A stretch of 64,000 nucleotides of DNA from Diadema antillarum (Eukaryota), in the NCBI RefSeq assembly GCF_040938485.1, contig NW_027271464.1, forward strand, positions 558,001-622,000. The letters are read 5' to 3'. Each line of letters begins with the position of its first letter. The stretch's first letter is position 1. The notes beneath the pieces are model-generated. The model was given only the letters and a program-made list of their open reading frames with translations. It ran no database searches and was not told the DNA's origin. Below, one piece after another: positions 60,362 to 64,000 of this stretch. The translations under genes were made by a program, and so were the position numbers.

Positions 60362-63300
60362 TATAGGTCATCTTTTCAAATGTGTTCACTTTATATAGAA
60401 AAAAAAAACAACAACAACCCACAAATATTTTCAGAGTTGAAACTGCTGGGGAATAACAGATTTCAAGATCAATAAGAGGAGATCATTGGAGCCCTGTAGT
60501 CTAGCTTTGGTAATGTGTCACAGCAAAAATAAGATCAAGGTTGAATTTTCACGGGTGTCTGTGTCATTATACATTCACATGAAGACAGTCAACATTCCAG
60601 TCAAAGACAGAAACAAAAAAGCTGTACAAAGGCAATGTTGTTATCATACTTTGTTTTCTTTCCTCATCTGTAGTCTCTCTGTATTCTCTTCTTTTTCTTT
60701 TTGCCCTGCACTGTGAAAGCACATCTGATATTTAACAACTGAAAAAAAGTTAAGAGCTGCTCCTTTGTTAACAGGTCAGACTCACCCTGTTGAGAACAAA
60801 ACTGATTTTGCTATAACGCGCATTTCCCATAGACATCTGCCTGAGTGTACCCTGGATTAGTTTCCAAGGGGTTTATGGCAACATACTACAAGAGAACATT
60901 TAGATGGCAGGTGTTAGCCTGTGGGAACATTGATCTGTATGATACAAGTTCGATAAATACTTCCACACTTTGGGACAGATAAAAAGAAAAAGAGTTGGTG
61001 GTGTTTACTTGTGAGATGTAACAGAATAGGAACTGATTTTATGGCACTTGGGAGGTGAAAGTGAATTTTCACCCTTGGCAAAGGGGCTACACTCTTCTTT
61101 CATCTCTATGAGTGACACGCCCAAGACTATACATCGCACAGGTGTTGAGGTCAAAGGTCAACGTGGATGGCCTCTGCAATATTGAAGGCAAAGATTTCAG
61201 CGTGAACCATTTCTCCCCAAATCAACTCTGAAAGCACACATGATATCGTTAACATACACACATATACCTAAACTGCTCTCTACTTTATGTTCAGTCAGTC
61301 AGAATAGTCTGTGAGATAGTGCTTCCTTTTAACAAGATCCACTCTGTTCGGGTGGGAAACCGTTTTCCTACGTTTAGAGGCTGCACTGACAGTTTTCCCC
61401 GCATCTGTGTCATAAAACGGCAGAAAGTCAAAAAACGTTGTCATCTTGGACAGGATATTGCAACACGCATTTTCGTTAAAAGTCAGTCGATCACACATAT
61501 TATGTACACAAACATAAAAAAAAAACACGAGATAAAATGAAAAGGAGATTGCATCTGTGATGGCAAGAAACAAGAGAGATACAGCAAGACGACAGCGAAT
61601 TATTTTATCACATAGGAGGAATTGAAGAAAACGAAAACACATCTTTTTTTTTGCCTCCGAGTTCAATAAATAATCCACCATCAATACAAAGAGAGACATC
61701 GTATTTCCATTACTACTTATAATGAAATAATATATTCATATTTATAGATTTATATATATTTATATATATTATGATGATATATACACGTTGGCATATTCAT
61801 TATGTAGTCACATTTGTGCCTTTCCATTGTTTTTGTTTTCCAAATACATATGTACACACATATTACACATCTTCTAGCAGTCGAATCTGTCATATTTTTG
61901 AATTTATCATAGTATTTAAAGAATGTCACTCACTCGTGGGATTCCTTGCTCCTCCCATTCATGAGACACGATATTTATAGCTCCCATACACAGCACACAC
62001 ATACACTTACTGTTTTTCGTTTTTTCATCCTTAACAATAGAGTGGCGCCAGCTTCCAGAATGAAATCTAAACAAACGTAATAAAGGTCATGGCACAAATA
62101 ATCTTCCCAGATTTGAACTTTTCTTTTTTTCTCTCCTCTAATTACATCTTGACTACCAAATTGTGATCATTAAAACTATTCTTGCATGTACACATGCCAA
62201 CTTGCTACCTAAATTTGCTACAAGCTCATTGCATGTCATTTTTTTTTTCTGTTTTCATATCCTAAGAGATAAATCAGATCTTTCTCCAGTTAGTTAACTC
62301 TTCAGATCTTTGCAATCTTTTAAGTTATTCCCATGTATGCAGGTAAAAATCATCGTCACAGTTGAAAATCCTTTTTAATTCCTCTTCACCTAGACCTGCC
62401 ATGGTATAAATTCATGAAAAGCATGAACAGACTGACTGCATAAAAATATCCCTTTACTTCTGGGCCACTACAATACATGGACATTCCAATTGCTTTTCTT
62501 TCCCTATCTGTGCATTTGGTTTTAAAAAAAAAGTCCAATTGCCATCATAAATGAGATACAGAGATTTCCATGGTATCAAAAATGTATGAGAAAATAATGG
62601 CAAGTCATTTACACGATTTTGACGGGGTGCGTGAGAAATCACTTCCGAACAGTTTATGTTGGAATTTCTTGGGATTGAGTGTGTCGTGTTCACATATTGG
62701 AATGATAAGTGGAAGAATCTGAACTGATGTAACATGATGGATTAGATACTCCTACTCCTCCAGCACCATGTCTTCATCAGATTTGTCCTCCCCCGGACGC
62801 ACACGAACACCAACGTTCGCGCAGTCGCCATGCAAATTCATCACGTTCTGCTGCTCCTATGGAGCATGTTTTACGGTACACAGAACATGACGAACTCCAA
62901 AACTTCTCATGCCCATCTGTCTACAGTGGATAAAAACTGATAATTTGTTCAGTTTTCAGTACCTTCTGTATGTTTTTATGCCCACTGCAATAAGTAGCCC
63001 AACACGATGCTATTACTGCCTGAAGGCTGATTTCACTCTCAGATATTAAGCACGAAAATATGCAACAAGTGATGCTTGTCACAATCGACAAATTCTACAG
63101 ACAGTTTATGGAACAGACAAAAAAAAAGTGTGCCACAAATGCAGAATACCTTCCTGATTCAATGCACATGACTATTGCTTGGAGCCTTGATTGACAAAAT
63201 ACGAGCTTATATCCTTTGAAAACGCACGCGACTGAAAATCTGAGTAGTGATGAAAATTATGGCACAATATCTAAGGACAGATACCACTTTTGTGGTGATG

Positions 63301-64000
63301 ATCAGAAAACTCTGAATATTGCATGGATTTCTTTGCTGAGTTGATAGAAATACATATAGGATTGTCACAACGCTTTTGCTTCAAAAACATCCAAAGACTT
63401 AAGACCCTCATTTTTAAGCGCTCGCCATGCGATGCACCCAAGAATTTACAGTTAACACATCAATGATTTCTCCCCTCGCACTCACACACCTCTTTACCTC
63501 TGAAACTAACAGAAGAATGTAAAGGTTGCATAATTCTTTGTCAAGACTATTTCATTAGTTTGCTATTTATCCCATAATAATAACTACAAAGATCTGTTGA
63601 TCACCCTCTTTTCACTACTACTGCAAACTACGGCATACGGCGTGACGTGGGAACACCACTCAATGTGCAAACTGATGTGGGAAGGTGTGGCCGACACTAC
63701 TTATTCTACCTCTAATAAGTCCATTCGCTGAGAAAGACATGTGTTTCTGTCTGATGAAGACACATTCCCACTCCTCTCTCTCTCTCTCACTCTCCTTCCG
63801 TCTCTCAAAGTTCCCTCTGTCTGCGCAAGCCTCGCCTGGCGATTTTCAGACACAAAATGTCGGCGATTGTCGCGAGCCAGCCGCTCTAAACCTCAGCCTC
63901 CCCTCCACCTTGCACGTCAGCGCCTTCCTCCACATTCGTTCAAGTATCTAAGAATTGCTAGAAAAACACCTGTCATTCTTGGCTCTCCTGTGATTCTTGT

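Noticed and set aside
63690-63950. GC-rich minus-strand block with AG/GT-like borders
   Set aside because: Stops in all three frames and it includes a (GA)n tract; not supportable as coding.
1-64000. tRNA, rRNA or tRNA-derived SINE genes
   Set aside because: No convincing A/B box pair or cloverleaf seen by eye; tRNAscan-SE would be needed to exclude them.

Overview
AT-rich, intron-containing metazoan genomic DNA with one assembly gap (N run ~10672-10823). The repeat content suggests a marine invertebrate deuterostome such as a sea urchin; this is inference only. Four spliced housekeeping genes can be rebuilt exon by exon with GT-AG junctions and consistent phases, arranged as two divergent pairs: CRLS1 (cardiolipin synthase, minus, 6 coding exons, 15443->6790, 338 aa) with GNPNAT1 (plus, 6 coding exons, 23104->31842), and NDUFAF1/CIA30 (minus, 3 coding exons, 41496->38363, 284 aa) with EIF1AD (plus, 4 coding exons, 44255->51229, 226 aa). 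Introns and intergenic DNA are dense in transposon remnants: Tc1/mariner-pogo, Kolobok-like, piggyBac-like and Harbinger-like MITEs, Helentron-type HINE elements with tandem arrays, CR1/RTE-X-group LINE fragments, an L1/Tx1 fragment and a Penelope-like fragment. The most unusual observations are: (1) an intronless, frameshifted TatD nuclease cassette joined head-to-head to an L1/Tx1 fragment inside a split LINE; (2) a minimal hammerhead ribozyme with an intact core at the end of the Penelope-like fragment, plus a degenerate second one; (3) a 9-bp transposon-footprint-like insertion and a strong excess of the Tc1 footprint octamer TACATGTA; (4) two inverted ~1.2-kb HINE copies flanking the GNPNAT1 last exon. 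All analysis was by eye and no database searches were run.
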